A DNA stretch of 64,000 bases from an uncultured bacterium (GTDB lineage Bacteria > Krumholzibacteriota > Krumholzibacteriia > JACNKJ01), in assembly GCA_963695095.1 (NCBI GenBank), contig CAVOFT010000001.1, forward strand, positions 2,976,001 to 3,040,000. Reading direction: 5' to 3'. A program made the translations under genes and the position numbers. This document shows positions 29,066-40,775 of this stretch, piece by piece. The first letter of the stretch is position 1. Every line of letters starts with the position of its first letter. The notes beneath the pieces are model-generated. The model saw only the letters and a program-made list of their open reading frames with translations. It did not search any database and was not told the origin of the DNA.

Positions 29066-31723
29066 ATGCCCTCATCCCCCGAGCATCGCGAGGCCCCCGC
29101 GGGCAGCCGAGGCGCCGGCGCCCCCGCCGAGCCGCCCCTGGCCGCCTGCCCCCTGCCCGGGCTCGCGCCGCCTGAACCCACCGAGGCGCAGAAAGCCGCC
29201 TGGCAAGCCGCCCTCGCCGCCGGGAAGTGCCTCCACTGCGCGGGCGAACTCGGCAAGGGCTGGCGCGCCGAGGACGGCCCCTTCTGCTGCCGCGGCTGCC
29301 GCGCCGTCTACGAGCTGCTCCACGGCGAGGGCCTCACGCGCTACTACGACCTGCGCCAGGGCCCACAGGCCCCCGTGCCCAGCCTGCGCCCGGACAGCTT
29401 CGCCTGGCTGGACCGCCTCATCGAAGAGCGCGCCGCGGCTGGACCCGCCCCCGGGGGCGGCCCCGCGGCTGGCCCTGCCGAAGCGGCCGCCGCCGGCCAG
29501 GCCGAAGCCGCCGCGGCGCCCGGCGCCGACCCGCTGCTGCGCCTCACCCTCGACATCCAGGGCGTCCACTGCGCCGCCTGCGTCTGGCTCATCGAGGAGC
29601 TCTTCCAGCGCGAGGCGGCCGGCATCGAGCTGCGCATCAACCCCGCCATCGGCAGCGTGGACCTCACCTGGAACCCGGCCGCGGGCGAGCTCAAGCGCTA
29701 CCTCGCCGAGGTGGAGCGCTTCGGCTACCGCCTCGGCCCCGCGCGCAAGAGCGCCGCCCCGCGCTCGCGCGCGCTGCTCTTCCGCATGGCCGTCTGCATC
29801 GCCGTCGCCATGAACGTGATGATGTTCAGCCTCACCTACTACTTCGGCCTCGCGCCCACGGACGGCGCCCTCTTCCGCTTCTTCGGCTGGCTGAACCTGG
29901 GCCTGGCCACCGTGTCGATGGTCGGTCGGCGGGCCGGTCTTCCTGCGCGGCGCGCCTCGCGGGCCTGCGCCGCCGCGTGGCCCACCTGGACCTGCCCATC
30001 GCCCTCGGCATGACTGCTGGCCTACGCGGGCTCGGTCTACGCCTACTTCGAGCGGCGGCCCGCACGCGGCCTACTTCGACACCCTCACCGTCTTCGTCGC
30101 CCTCATGCTCGTGGGCCGCTGGGCGCAGGAGCGCATCCTCGAGCGCAACCGCAACTCCCTGCTCGCGGGCGGCGGCGCGGACCTGATCACCGCCAAGCGC
30201 CGCGTGGCCGGCGAGGCCCGCCTCGAGGCCGTGGGCGCGGCCGCGCTCCGGGCCGGCGACGAGCTCTGGATCGCCCCCGGCGACCTGGTGCCCGTCGAGG
30301 GCATCCTCCTGCGCCAGGAGGCCGAGCTCTCGCTGGACTGGATCACCGGCGAGTCCGCCCCCGCCCACTTCGCCGCCCGGCGACCGCCTGCCCGCCGGCG
30401 CCTTCAACGCCAGCCGCCAGGGCTTCGCCGTGGCGGCCGCGCGAGGACTTCGCCGACTCGCGCCTGGAGACCTGCTGCGCAGCCGCGAGGGCGAGGGCGC
30501 CTGGCGCCCAAGCTGGTGGCACCGCGTGAGCACGGTCTACGTGACGCTGGTGCTCAGCGCCGCCGCGCTCGGCTTCGCCATCTGGTTCTGGGTGGTGGGC
30601 GACCTGCGCCGCGCCCTCGAGGTGACCGTGGCCGTGCTGGTCGTCACCTGCCCCTGCGCGCTGGGCCTGGCCACGCCGCTGGCCGAGGAGCTGATCCACA
30701 CGGCCCTGCGCCGCCGCGGCGTGTTCCTGCGCACGCGGCAGCTTCCTGGAGAAGGCCCTGCGCGTGCGCAAGGTGCTGCTGGACAAGACCGGCACGCTCA
30801 CGCTCGACCGCCTGCGCCTCGCGCCCGAGTCCCGCCGCGCGCTCTGGGCCCTGCCCGCCGCCGAGCAGGCCGCCCTCTGGACGATGTGCGCGCGCAGCAA
30901 CCACCCGGTGAGCCGCAGCCTCGCCGAGGCCCTGGCGCGCGGGCGGCGGCGCCGGCGGGCCTCGACCCGGCCGAAGCCGGCGATGGCTGGCGAAGAACTG
31001 CCCGGCCAGGGCCTGCGCTGGGCGCCGACGCCGACGGCGAGTACCGCCTCGGCCGCCCGGCCTTCGCGCTCGCCCGCGCGGCCGGTGGCGAACCCGCCCC
31101 CGGGGGCGACTCGGCGCGAAACGCTGCTTCACGCGCGACGGCGCCCTGCTCGCCGCCTTCCGCTTCGAGGAGGACTACAAGCCCGACGCCGCCGCCGAGC
31201 TCGCCGCGCTCTGCCGCCGCAGGGCTACGCGCTGCACCTGCTCAGCGGCGACACGCCAGGCCAAGGTGGACCGCGCCGCCGCGGCGCTGGGCATCCCGGC
31301 GCGAGCAGGCCCACGGCGGCCTCGACGCCCGAGGCCAAGGCCGCGCTCGTGCGCGACCTCGACGCCAGCGACACGCTGATGGTCGGCGACGGCCTCAACG
31401 ACAGCCCCAGCTTCGAGGCCGCCCTCTGCGCCGCCACCCCGGCCGTGGACCGGCCCGTGCTGCCCGGCAAGGCCGACTTCTACTTCCTGGGCGACGGCAT
31501 CGCCGCCCTCCGCCGCGCGCTGGCCGCCGCCGGCCGCCTGCGCGGCGTGCTGCGCGACAATCTCATCTTCGCGCTCGTCTACAACGTGGCCGCCGTGGCG
31601 CTCTGCCTGGCGGGGCTGGTGACCCCGGTCGTGGCGGCCATCCTGATGCCGGTCAGCTCGGTCGGCATCGTCGCCTTCACCGCCTGGCGGCTCTCGGGCC
31701 GGAGGCTGGCATGGATGTCGTGA
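29066..31723 (+). CDS. ccoI: CcoI/FixI heavy-metal P1B ATPase; multiple frameshifts
   Basis: CLHC, FCCRGC..VYELL..GLTRYYDL, GVHCAACVWLIE, AYFDTL, ITGES, VTCPCALGLATP, DKTGTLT, MVGDGLND spread over several frames. Confidence 0.85.
29446..29459. repeat. Palindrome CGCCCCCGGGGGCG copy 7 (inside ccoI)
   Basis: Exact 14-mer in an Ala/Gly/Pro linker. Confidence 0.9.
31095..31108. repeat. Palindrome CGCCCCCGGGGGCG copy 8 (inside ccoI)
   Basis: Exact 14-mer. Confidence 0.9.
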
Positions 31724-31947
31724 TCGGCCTCGTCTTCGATCAGCCTCGCGCTGGTCGCGCTGGGCTTGGTCTTCTTCTTCGCGCGCCTGCAGGGCGGCGA
31801 CTTCGATCACGGCGACCGGCTCTCGCTGCTGCCCGCTGCGCGAGGACAGGCGAGCAGGGCGCCGCGGCCGCCAAGGCCGACAGCGACGACAAGGGCCCCG
31901 TGCCCGCGGATCCCAAGGAGGGAGGAGTAGTCAATGGCCGCGGCTAA
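31711..31947 (+). CDS. ccoS: cbb3 oxidase assembly protein CcoS-like; frameshifted
   Basis: MDVVIGLVF/ISLALVALGLVFFFARLQGGDFDHGDRLSLL; lies between ccoI and ccoN. Confidence 0.65.
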   Translation: MDVVIGLVFDQPRAGRAGLGLLLRAPAGRRLRSRRPALAAARCARTGEQGAAAAKADSDDKGPVPADPKEGGVVNGRG

Positions 31948-34297
31948 TGCCGCAGACCCGCACCGTCGTCTACGACGACGACATCGTGCGGGCCTTCTCC
32001 ATCGCCACGATCGTCTGGGGCGCGGTCGCCCTGCTGCTGGGCGTCATCATCGCCACGCAGCTCTCGTTCTGGCAGGCGAACTTCGGCACGTCGCTGGCTG
32101 ACCTTCGGCCGCCTGCGCCCGCTGCACACCAACGCGGCCATCTTCGCCTTCGTCGGCAACATGATGTTCGCCGGCATCTACTACTCCACCCAGCGGCTGC
32201 TGCAAGACGCGCATGGCCTCGGACCTCCTGAGCTGGATCCACTTCTGGGGCTGGCAGCTCATCATCGTGGCGCGCCGCCATCACCCTGCCGCTCGGCCTC
32301 ACCCAGGGCAAGGAGTACGCCGAGCTGATCTGGCCCATCGACATCGCCGTCGCGCGTGATCTGGGTGGTCTTCGCGGTCAACTTCTTCTGGACCCTGGCC
32401 AGGCGCAACGAGAAGAACCTCTACGTCGCGCTCTGGTTCTACATCGCCACCATCGTCACCATCGCGGTGCTCTACATCGTCAACAACCTGCAGCTGCCCA
32501 CCAGCTTCGCTGCACAGCTACCCGATCTTCGCCGGCGTGCAGGACGCGCTGGTGCAGTGGTGGTACGGCCACAACGCCGTGGCCTTCTTCCTGACCACGC
32601 CGATCCTCGGCATCATGTACTACTTCCTGCCCAAGGCGGCGGACCGGCCGGTCTACTCCTACCGGCTCTCGATCGTGCACTTCTGGTCGCTGGTCTTCAT
32701 CTACATCTGGGCCGGCCCGCACCACCTGCTCAACACCGCGCTGCCCGACTGGGCGCAGACGCTCGGCATGGTCTTCAGCCTCATGCTCTGGGCGCCCTCC
32801 TGGGGCGGCATGCTCAACGGCCTGCTCACCCTGCGCGGCGCCTGGGACAAGCTGCGCACCGATCCGGTGATCAAGTTCTTCGTCGTCGGCCGTCACCTTC
32901 TACGGCATGTCCACCTTCGAGGGCCCGCTGCTCTCGATCAAGAGCGTCAACGCGCTCGCGCCACTACACCGACTGGATCATCGGCCACGTGCACGGCGGC
33001 GCGCTCGGCTGGAACGGCTTCATGGCCGCCGGCATGTTCTACTGGCTGGTGCCGCGCCTCTGGAAGCACCAAGCTCTGGTCCACGCGCCTGGCCGACCTG
33101 CACTTCTGGATCGGCACCGTCGGCATCCTGCTCTACGTCGTCGTCGATGTGGATCGGCGGCATCAGCCAGGGCCTGTTCTGGCGCGCCCTGGACGCCGAC
33201 GGCTTCCTCAAGTACCCCGACTTCGTCGAGGGCCTGCTGGCCAGCCGCTGCATGTACCACATGCGGCTGATCGGCGGCTCGCTCTTCTTCCTCAGCTTCC
33301 TGCTGGGCATCGTCAACCTGGTCGATGACCATCCGCCGCGGCAGCAAGGCCACCGTACGAGGTCGACGGTGCCGGCCCTGGCGCCCAGCGGCCCCTCGGC
33401 CTGGAAGCTGCTCTTCGGCGCGCCCGGTGCTCTTCGCCGGCGCGGTGATCATCCTCGCCGTGCTGCTGGGCGTCGCGCGGCGTCATCACCAGCGCCGTGG
33501 CCCTGGCCGGCATCGCGGTGGTGACCATCGCCGCCATCCTCGTCCCTCGGCGCGCAAGCGCGGCTCGGGCGAGAGCTGGCACCGGCTGCATCGGAGGGCA
33601 ACTCCGCTCGCCTTCACCGTGCTGGTGCTGGTGGCCATCCTCGTCGGCGGCATCGTGGAGATCGTCCCGACCGTGGTGATCTCCGAGCAAGGTGCCCGAC
33701 CAGCCGCCGCGGCCGCTGGCCGAGAACCCGCGCATCGCAGCAGCCCTACAGCCCGCTGGAGCTGGAGGGCCGCGACCTCTACGTGCGCGAGGGCTGCTAC
33801 ATCTGCCACAGCCAGATGATCCGCCCCTTCCGCCACGAGACGCTGCGCTACGGCGACTACTCGCGCGCTGGAGGAGTTCATCTACGACCACCCCTTCCAG
33901 TGGGGCTCCAAGCGCACCGGCCCGGACCTGCACCGCGTGGGCGGCAAGTACGCCGAACCTCTGGCACTACCTGCACCTGATCGACCCGCGCTCCACCTCG
34001 CCCGGGCTCGAACATGCCGCAGCTACGCCTGGCTCAAGGACCGACCGCGTGGACTTCGCGGGCACGCGGAGCAAGCTGGCAGACGCTGCGGACGCTCGGC
34101 GTGCCCTACGCCGACGAGGAGATCGCCGGCGCCGCGGCCGACGGCCTCGAGCCAGGGCGCGCTGATCGCGGCCGATCTCGCAGACGCAGGGCGTGACGCT
34201 CGCGCCCGACAGCGAGCTGACGGCGCTGATCGCCTACCTGCAGCGGCTCGGCCGCGGCCCCCAGCCGACCGCCGGACCCGCGCGAGGAGGCGACTAG
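31934..34297 (+). CDS. ccoNO: cbb3-type cytochrome c oxidase subunits I+II, apparently fused; many frameshifts
   Basis: [54 protein letters not shown] (CcoN); [27 protein letters not shown] (CcoO); no clear separate RBS/start for O; alternative start 31947. Confidence 0.85.
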
Positions 34298-34298
34298 C

Positions 34299-34509
34299 AT
34301 GTTCCAGGAGTTCTTCGCCGGCAGCCGATCTGCTCGTCTGGCCCCTCGTCGGCCTGCTGCTCTTCCTGGCCGCCTTCGCGGCCGTGCTGGTCTACGTCCT
34401 CGTGGGCCTGCGCAGCCGCGCGCGCACGGAGCGCCTGGCCGGCGCTGCCCCTGGACGAGGAACGCCTCGTCGGACCGCGCCCGGCGACGCCGAAGGGAAG
34501 GTGAGCTGA
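34299..34509 (+). CDS. ccoQ: CcoQ-like small subunit; frameshifted
   Basis: [32 protein letters not shown] single TM; GAGGAGG RBS; position in operon. Confidence 0.6.
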
Positions 34510-34510
34510 G

Positions 34511-35089
34511 ATGACCGAGCGCAAGGACGACTACCAGCCCGACCAGGTCCTCGACCACGACTTCGACGGCATCCAGGAGTACGACAACCGCCTGCCCAAC
34601 TGGTGGCTGTGGATCCTCTACGGCACCATCGTCTTCGCCCTCGGCTACTGGCTCTTCTTCCACACCTTCGGCGTCGGCGACACTGCCGCGTGACGCAGCT
34701 ACGAGGCGGAGATGCCGCCGGCGGCCGAGGCCCAGCTCGCCCGATGGCCGGCGGCAGGCTCGACCGACGAGGCGCTGGCGCTGATGGCCACGCATCCCCG
34801 ACCGCGTGGCCGAGGGCGCGGAGCTCTTCGCGCAGTACTGCGTGGTCTGCCACCGGCGCGGGGCGAGGGCCTCGTCGGCCCCAACCTCACCGACGCCTAC
34901 TGGATCCACGGCGGCAAGCCCCTGGACATCCACAAGGTCGATCACCGACGGCGTGCTGGCCAAGGGCATGGCCGCCTGGGGCCAACCAGCTCGGGCCCAA
35001 GCGCGTGGAGTCGGTGACGGCCTACGTGCTGACGCTGCGCGGACACGAACGTGCCCGGCAAGGCCCCGGAGGGCGAGCTCGTCGAGTAG
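34511..35089 (+). CDS. ccoP: cbb3 oxidase subunit III (monoheme CcoP); frameshifted
   Basis: [47 protein letters not shown]. Confidence 0.85.
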
Positions 35090-35096
35090 CCCGCCG

Positions 35097-36535
35097 GTGC
35101 GAACGAACGCGGAGTCGGCGACTGAGCGAAGCCGCAAGGCGCGGACGCGCCGCGCAGCGCCGGCGGCCGGACCTGGACACCGTCTACACGATCAACGCGG
35201 ACGGGTCGCGCAACTTCCTCCACCCCGCCGACGTGCAGGGCCGCTGGCAGGTGCGCAAGAACCTGCTCTGGGCGCTGCTCGTCGCCGTCTACGTCCGTGC
35301 TGCCCTGGATCGAGCTCGACGGGCAAGCCCGCGGTCCACCTCGACCTGCCCGGCCGCAGCGCGCACCTCTTCGGCCTCACCTTCACCAACCAGGACTTCT
35401 ACCTGGTCTTCTTCCTGGTCACGGGCCTGGGCTTCGGCCTCTTCGTGGTCACCTCGCTCTGGGGTCGCATCTGGTGCGGCTACGCCTGCCCGCAGACCGT
35501 CTTCATGGAAGGGGTCTTCCGCCGCGTCGAGCGCTGGATCGAGGGCCCGCGCGACGCCGCGCATCCGGCGCAACCTCGGCCCCTGGACGGCCGACAAGCT
35601 CTGGCGCAAGGTCCTCAAGCACGCGCTCTTCCTCGCCCTGTCCTGGCTCATCGCCCACGTCTTCCTGTCCTACTTCATTCCCGTGCGCGAGCTGCTCGCG
35701 CGTGGTGCAGGGCAGCCCCGCCGCCCACAGGTCGGCCTTCGTCTGGTCGATGTTCTGGACCGGCGTCCTCTACTTCAACTACGCCTGGTTCCGCGAGCAG
35801 ACCTGCCTGATCATCTGCCCCTACGGCCGGCTGCAGTCGACCCTGATCGACGACGACACGGTCGATCATCGGCTACGACGCGCAGCGCGGCGAGCCGCGG
35901 CACAAGGGCGTGGACGAGGGCGGCGACTGCATCGACTGCTACCGCTGCGTGGAGGTCTGCCCGACCGGCATCGACATCCGCAACGGCCTGCAGATGGAGT
36001 GCATCGGCTGCGCCAACTGCATCGACGCCTGCGACGACGTGATGGCGCGCATCGGCAACGCCCGCGCGGCCTCGTGCGCTACGACTCCCAGCGCGGCTTC
36101 GCCGGCGAGCGGCGTCGCTTCCTGCCGGCCGCGGGTCTTCGTCTACGCCGCGCTGGGCCTCGTCGGCCTGGCGGCCTTCGGCTTCAAGGCGGCCGGCCGC
36201 GAGCCCTTCCAGGCCAACGCTCCTGCGCACGGCCGGCCTGCCCTTCGCCATCGAGGGCGAGAGCCATCCGCAACCTCTACACGCTGCACCTGCAGAACAA
36301 GACGGATGCCGCCCACCGCTATCGCATCGAGCCGGCGCCGGGAGCGCCGGCGGGGCTCAGCTTCATCATCCCCCAGCCGGAGCTGGCCCTCGGCCCGCTG
36401 GAGGACGGCGAGCTGCCGCTCTTCGCCACGCTGCCGCGGGCGGACTACACGGCGACCTTCGACTTCGACCTGCTCGTCACCGAGCTGGAATCGGGCAATC
36501 AGCGCCGGCTGGCGCTGCGCTTCAGGGGGCCCTGA
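35097..36535 (+). CDS. ccoG: Cytochrome c oxidase accessory protein CcoG; frameshifted, start approximate
   Basis: GRIWCGYACPQTVF, WFREQTCLIICPYGRLQS, DCIDCYRCVEVCPTGIDIRNGLQMECIGCANCIDAC, RNLYTLHLQNK. Confidence 0.85.
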
Positions 36536-36536
36536 C

Positions 36537-36665
36537 ATGCGCGCATGGCTACGCGAGCGTCCCTGGATCTGGATCGTCCTCCTGCTCGCGGCCCTGCTGG
36601 CGGGCAGCTGCGCGACGCTGATCATCGCCGAGCGGAACAAGCCGGAGATCGTCAAGGAGCGCTAG
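36537..36665 (+). CDS. 42-aa single-TM protein resembling the N-terminus of CcoH/FixH
   Basis: MRAWLRERPWIWIVLLLAALLAGSCATLIIAERNKPEIVKER directly after ccoG. Confidence 0.5.
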   Translation: MRAWLRERPWIWIVLLLAALLAGSCATLIIAERNKPEIVKER

Positions 36666-36748
36666 CCTCGGTCCCCTGGAAGGCAGGCGCACCAGCGGCT
36701 CCTCCGCCCGCCGGCTTGCGGCGACTGCTTTTCTTCATGGCGATGTGC

Positions 36749-36777
36749 TTGACTACCACGCTGGCTCATAGTATAAT
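36749..36777 (+). promoter_or_regulatory. Near-consensus sigma70 promoter of the HNH gene
   Basis: TTGACT-17 nt-TATAAT. Confidence 0.7.
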
Positions 36778-36823
36778 GTAGCCATCCCCGCCTCCCGCGA
36801 CCTCGTTCTGGCGAGGTCTCTCC

Positions 36824-37900
36824 ATGTCCGAGTTCGTGCCGAATCTCCCCGCCGCCGCGGTGGATGCTAGCCTGCGCGCGGCCGTCGCCGCCTTGCGCCG
36901 CGCCGAACAGAGCGCCGTGCTCTGGTTCGCCGAGCTGATGCGCCGGCGCCTCTATCGCGACCGCGGCTACTCCAGCATTCATGCCTACGCCGAGGCCGTG
37001 CTGGGCTTCGGGCAGGCGAAGACCTATCAGTTCATCCGGCTCGCCGAGTCGCTCGATGGCTTGCCGCAGCTGCGAGCCTCGGTCGAGGCCGGCGAGATGC
37101 CCTGGACCAAGGCCCGCAGCGTGGCGGCGGTCGCCACGCCGCGCTCCGAGGGCCAGTGGATCGCCCTCGCGAAGGCGAGCAGCGCTCGTCAGCTAGAAGC
37201 ACGGATCCGCGAGAGCCGCGGCGAAGCGCGGCGCGATCGCGGCCAGGGCGACTTGCTGGCGCCTGCCCCTGGGCCCATCCCCGCCCCCGCGCCGGTCCCC
37301 GCACCGGCGCCAAAGGTGCAGGTCAGCTTCACGCTCGAGCCCGAGCAGCACGCCCGCTGGCTGGCAATCGTCGAGCGCCTGCGCAAGCAGGGGCACGCCG
37401 AGGCGAAGGAGGAACTGCTGCTGGCTGCCTTCGCGGCACTGGCCGAGGCGGAGTGTACACGTGTACAAAGCGAGGCACCGTATCAGGTCGTGATCTACCG
37501 CTGCGAGGAGTGTGGCGCCGCTCGCCTGCCCGACGGGCGCCCCCTGGCGCCGGCGGTGGCCGCGCAGGCGGCCTGCGACTGCCGAACGCAGCGGGAAGGC
37601 GAGCCAAACCGGGCGTCGATCCCGCCGTCTCTTCGACGACAGGTGCTTGCGCGCGACGGGCACCGCTGTCAAGCGCCAGGCTGCCGGTCCACGCGCTTCC
37701 TGGAGGTGCACCACCGCGAGCCGCGCCGGCGTGGCGGCCGCAACAGCGCGGCGAACCTGATCACCCTCTGCGCGGCCTGCCACCGACTGCTGCACGAACG
37801 CGGCGTGGGACTTGCCGCCGCGCTGCCGGCCGCCGCGCTGCCGGCCCCCGCCCTGCCGGCCGCCGCCCTGCCGGTGGCGGGCTCGCCGAACACGGGCTGA
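36824..37900 (+). CDS. HNH endonuclease with DUF222-like N-terminal helical region
   Basis: LYRDRGYSSIHAYA, IPPSLRRQVLARDGHRCQAPGC..FLEVHH...GGRNSAANLITLCAACHRLLH; C-terminal 15-nt tandem repeat (AAALP x4). Confidence 0.85.
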   Translation: MSEFVPNLPAAAVDASLRAAVAALRRAEQSAVLWFAELMRRRLYRDRGYSSIHAYAEAVLGFGQAKTYQFIRLAESLDGLPQLRASVEAGEMPWTKARSVAAVATPRSEGQWIALAKASSARQLEARIRESRGEARRDRGQGDLLAPAPGPIPAPAPVPAPAPKVQVSFTLEPEQHARWLAIVERLRKQGHAEAKEELLLAAFAALAEAECTRVQSEAPYQVVIYRCEECGAARLPDGRPLAPAVAAQAACDCRTQREGEPNRASIPPSLRRQVLARDGHRCQAPGCRSTRFLEVHHREPRRRGGRNSAANLITLCAACHRLLHERGVGLAAALPAAALPAPALPAAALPVAGSPNTG

Positions 37901-38163
37901 TTGGCGCTGACAGCGAGACCCCCGGCATCGCGACAGGGCATCTGGCCGGAGCCAGAGGGCCGCAGATGCCATGCCTCCTGACGGATCAAGGTTGGGCGGC
38001 TCCGCCTTCCCTGAAAGGGCATGCGCTGCCTCGCGCTTCCCTGGCCTGCCGGCGCGCTCGCCCCGCCGGCGGCGCAAACCCTGTAACAGCCTTGTTGCAA
38101 ATCAGTTAAGGCGCCGCCTCCCGCGGATCGGGGCTAAGGCCGCGCCGTCCCCCTGCCGATAAA

Positions 38164-40719
38164 GTGGAGGAACGCGAATCCCGCTTGAGGAGATCGGCCT
38201 CCATGCCCCCTCGCAGCCAGTCTGTCGCGAGCCCGCGCGACGTCTCCGCCCAGCCCCTGCCCAGCTTCCGCTGGCGGGACAGCCTGCTCGTGCGGATCCC
38301 GCTGGTCTTCGCCATGCTGCTGACCGGGCTGGCGCTCGCCAGCGCCCTCGTGATCGGCAGCGTGGGCCGGCGCCTGCTCGAGGAGCAGGCCCGCGTGCAG
38401 TCGAAGCTGGCGGGCAGCGCCCTGGTCGCCGACTACCAGACCCGCCTGGTCGCCGCGCGCGGGCGGGCCGTCTCGCTGGCCGAACTCGGCGAGCAGCTGC
38501 CCCAGGACGCCGAACTCCACCGGCGCCTGCTGCCGCGCCTGCTCGATCCCGAGGACAAGGAAGAGACGATCGCTGGCGGCGGCCTCTGGCCGGAGCCCCG
38601 CGCCTTCGATCCCGCGCGCGAGCGGCGCAGCTTCTGCTGGCGGCGCGACACGGACGGCAAGCTCCTCTACGTGGACGACTACAACGACCCGGCGGGTACC
38701 GGCTACCTGCGCGCGCCCTGGTACGAGCCCGCCGCCCTGCGCCACATCGCCGCGCCGACCTGGTCCTATGCCGCCAGCGCGCTGCCCGGGCTGCAGCCCA
38801 CGCTCTCCTGCTCCGTGCCGATGCGGCGGGACGGCAAGTTCTACGGCGTGGCCACGGTCGAGATCTGGCTGGCCGGCATGGACTGGCTGCTCGACGACGC
38901 CGCCGCCACGCTCGAGGGCTACGCCCTCGTCCTCGATCGCGAGGGGCGCTTCATCACCTGGCCGCGGGGCAGCGCCGTGCGCGAGCTCAGCGCCAGGCTG
39001 CAGGCCGGCGCCTCGCCACATGCCAGCCTCGAGTCCCTGGCCCTGAAGGACGCCGGCTTCGGGCCCTACGCCGACGCCATCGCCCAGCTCGCCGCCGAGC
39101 CCCCGCCCAGCCCCGGCCAGCGCAATCCCCGCTGCCTGCACCTCTCGGTGGCCAAGGATCCGCTGCTGGGCAGCGCCGCCGTGGCGGCCATCCTCCAGGT
39201 GCCGGAGACGGACTGGTGGATCGTCGCCGTCACGCCGCGCAGCGCTGCGATCGCCTCGGCGGAGTTCTTCGGCCGCATGCTGACCCTGTCCACCATCGGT
39301 CTCATCCTGCTCTGCCTCCTGATCGCCTATCTCCTCCTGCGCTGGATCCTGATCAGCCCGCTCAGCGGCCTCACGCGCCAGCTCCAGGCCTCCTTCGCCA
39401 GTCAGGAGGTGGGCTGCCTCGAGCTGGCCAGCTCCGACGGCGGCGAGCTGGGCACCCTGGTCTACTGGTTCAACCAGCGCAGCCGCCAGCTCGAGAAGCT
39501 GCTGCGCCGCCGCGACGAGGACCAGGTGGCCCTGCTCTCCGCCAAGCGCGCGGCCGAGACCGCCACCCAGGCCAAGAGCGAGTTCCTGGCGGCGATGAGC
39601 CACGAGGTGCGCACGCCGCTGAACAGCATCATCGGCCTGACCGGCCTGCTCGCCGAGTCGCCGCTCGATCGGGAGCAACAGGACTACATCGAGACCGTGC
39701 GCGCCTCGGCGACGACGATGCTCACGCTCATCAACGACATCCTCGACTTCTCCAAGATCGAGGCGGGGCGGCTGGAACTGGAGGCCATCCCCTTCCAGCC
39801 GGCCGCCCTCTGCGCGGAGGTCATCGAGCTGCTCGGCTTCCGCGCCCGCGAGAAGAAGATCTCCGTGCATCTGCGCAAGAGCACGGGCAGCGACACCTGC
39901 TTCCTGGGCGATCCCGGGCGCCTGCGGCAGATCATCCTCAACCTGGTCGGCAACGCGATCAAGTTCACCGAAGCCGGCGAGGTGGAGATCCGCTGCCAGT
40001 CCACGCCGCTCGCGGGCGGCCAGGGCGAGCTGCGCTTCACGGTGCGCGACACGGGGCCGGGCATTCCTGCCGCCGCCCAGGCCGGCCTCTTCCAGGCCTT
40101 CGCGCAGGCCGAGCGCTCCACGACCCGCCGCTTCGGCGGCACCGGCCTCGGCCTGGCGATCAGCCGCCAGCTCGTCGAGCTGATGGGCGGCGAGATCGGC
40201 CTGGAGAGCAACGAGGGCCAGGGCGCCACCTTCTGGGTCGCGCTGCGCCTGCCCCGCTCGTCGAACCTGCCCCCTGCCGCGGCCCCTCGCGAAGCGGAAC
40301 CGGTGGGCGATCTGCGCCTGGACGCCCGCGTGCTCCTGGTCGAGGACAACCCGGTCAACCAGAAGGTGGCCCTGCTCCAGCTCGAACGCCTGGGCTGTCG
40401 CGCCGACCTCGCCACGAACGGCCTGGAGGCCATCGAGGCCTACAAGCGGGGCGAGTACGACGTCATCCTGATGGACTGCCAGATGCCCGTGATGGACGGC
40501 TTCGAGGCCACGCGCATGCTGCGCACCCTGGAGATGCCGGGCCGGCGGACGCCGATCATCGCGCTGACCGCCCACGCGATGAAGGGCGACCGCGACCGCT
40601 GCCTCGCCGCCGGCATGGACGACTACCTGGCCAAGCCCGTCGAGCGGGGCGCCCTGGCGCGCACGCTGAAGCGCTGGGCCCAGGAGCGCCGCGAGCAGGA
40701 ACTCCTGCGGCGCCACTAG
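38164..40719 (+). CDS. Hybrid sensor histidine kinase (Cache-like, HAMP, HisKA, HATPase, REC)
   Basis: [63 protein letters not shown]; start uncertain. Confidence 0.92.
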   Translation: MEERESRLRRSASMPPRSQSVASPRDVSAQPLPSFRWRDSLLVRIPLVFAMLLTGLALASALVIGSVGRRLLEEQARVQSKLAGSALVADYQTRLVAARGRAVSLAELGEQLPQDAELHRRLLPRLLDPEDKEETIAGGGLWPEPRAFDPARERRSFCWRRDTDGKLLYVDDYNDPAGTGYLRAPWYEPAALRHIAAPTWSYAASALPGLQPTLSCSVPMRRDGKFYGVATVEIWLAGMDWLLDDAAATLEGYALVLDREGRFITWPRGSAVRELSARLQAGASPHASLESLALKDAGFGPYADAIAQLAAEPPPSPGQRNPRCLHLSVAKDPLLGSAAVAAILQVPETDWWIVAVTPRSAAIASAEFFGRMLTLSTIGLILLCLLIAYLLLRWILISPLSGLTRQLQASFASQEVGCLELASSDGGELGTLVYWFNQRSRQLEKLLRRRDEDQVALLSAKRAAETATQAKSEFLAAMSHEVRTPLNSIIGLTGLLAESPLDREQQDYIETVRASATTMLTLINDILDFSKIEAGRLELEAIPFQPAALCAEVIELLGFRAREKKISVHLRKSTGSDTCFLGDPGRLRQIILNLVGNAIKFTEAGEVEIRCQSTPLAGGQGELRFTVRDTGPGIPAAAQAGLFQAFAQAERSTTRRFGGTGLGLAISRQLVELMGGEIGLESNEGQGATFWVALRLPRSSNLPPAAAPREAEPVGDLRLDARVLLVEDNPVNQKVALLQLERLGCRADLATNGLEAIEAYKRGEYDVILMDCQMPVMDGFEATRMLRTLEMPGRRTPIIALTAHAMKGDRDRCLAAGMDDYLAKPVERGALARTLKRWAQERREQELLRRH

Positions 40720-40775
40720 CGGTCTCATTGCCGCCACGAGCGGTCCCATTGCCGCCGCGCCCGCGGCGCGCTAGC

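Noticed and set aside
34689..34693. TGA in ccoP as a second selenocysteine
   Set aside because: Not at a Cys motif, and the downstream CcoP sequence continues in a different frame, so it is a frameshift by-product.
29066..36535. cbb3 cluster as pseudogenes or programmed frameshifting
   Set aside because: Scattered single-base indels with intact motifs and no consistent slippery sites fit consensus error better; the same pattern occurs in the suf genes.
36824..37900. HNH gene as IscB/Cas9-like RNA-guided nuclease
   Set aside because: No PLMP N-terminus or split RuvC motifs; HNH is C-terminal behind a helical domain.
38134..40749. Long antisense or alternative-frame ORFs (for example 38134-40749, 43101-45848, 13613-15703, 4269-6251)
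   Set aside because: Shadow ORFs expected at high GC; they overlap well-supported genes and have no recognisable motifs.
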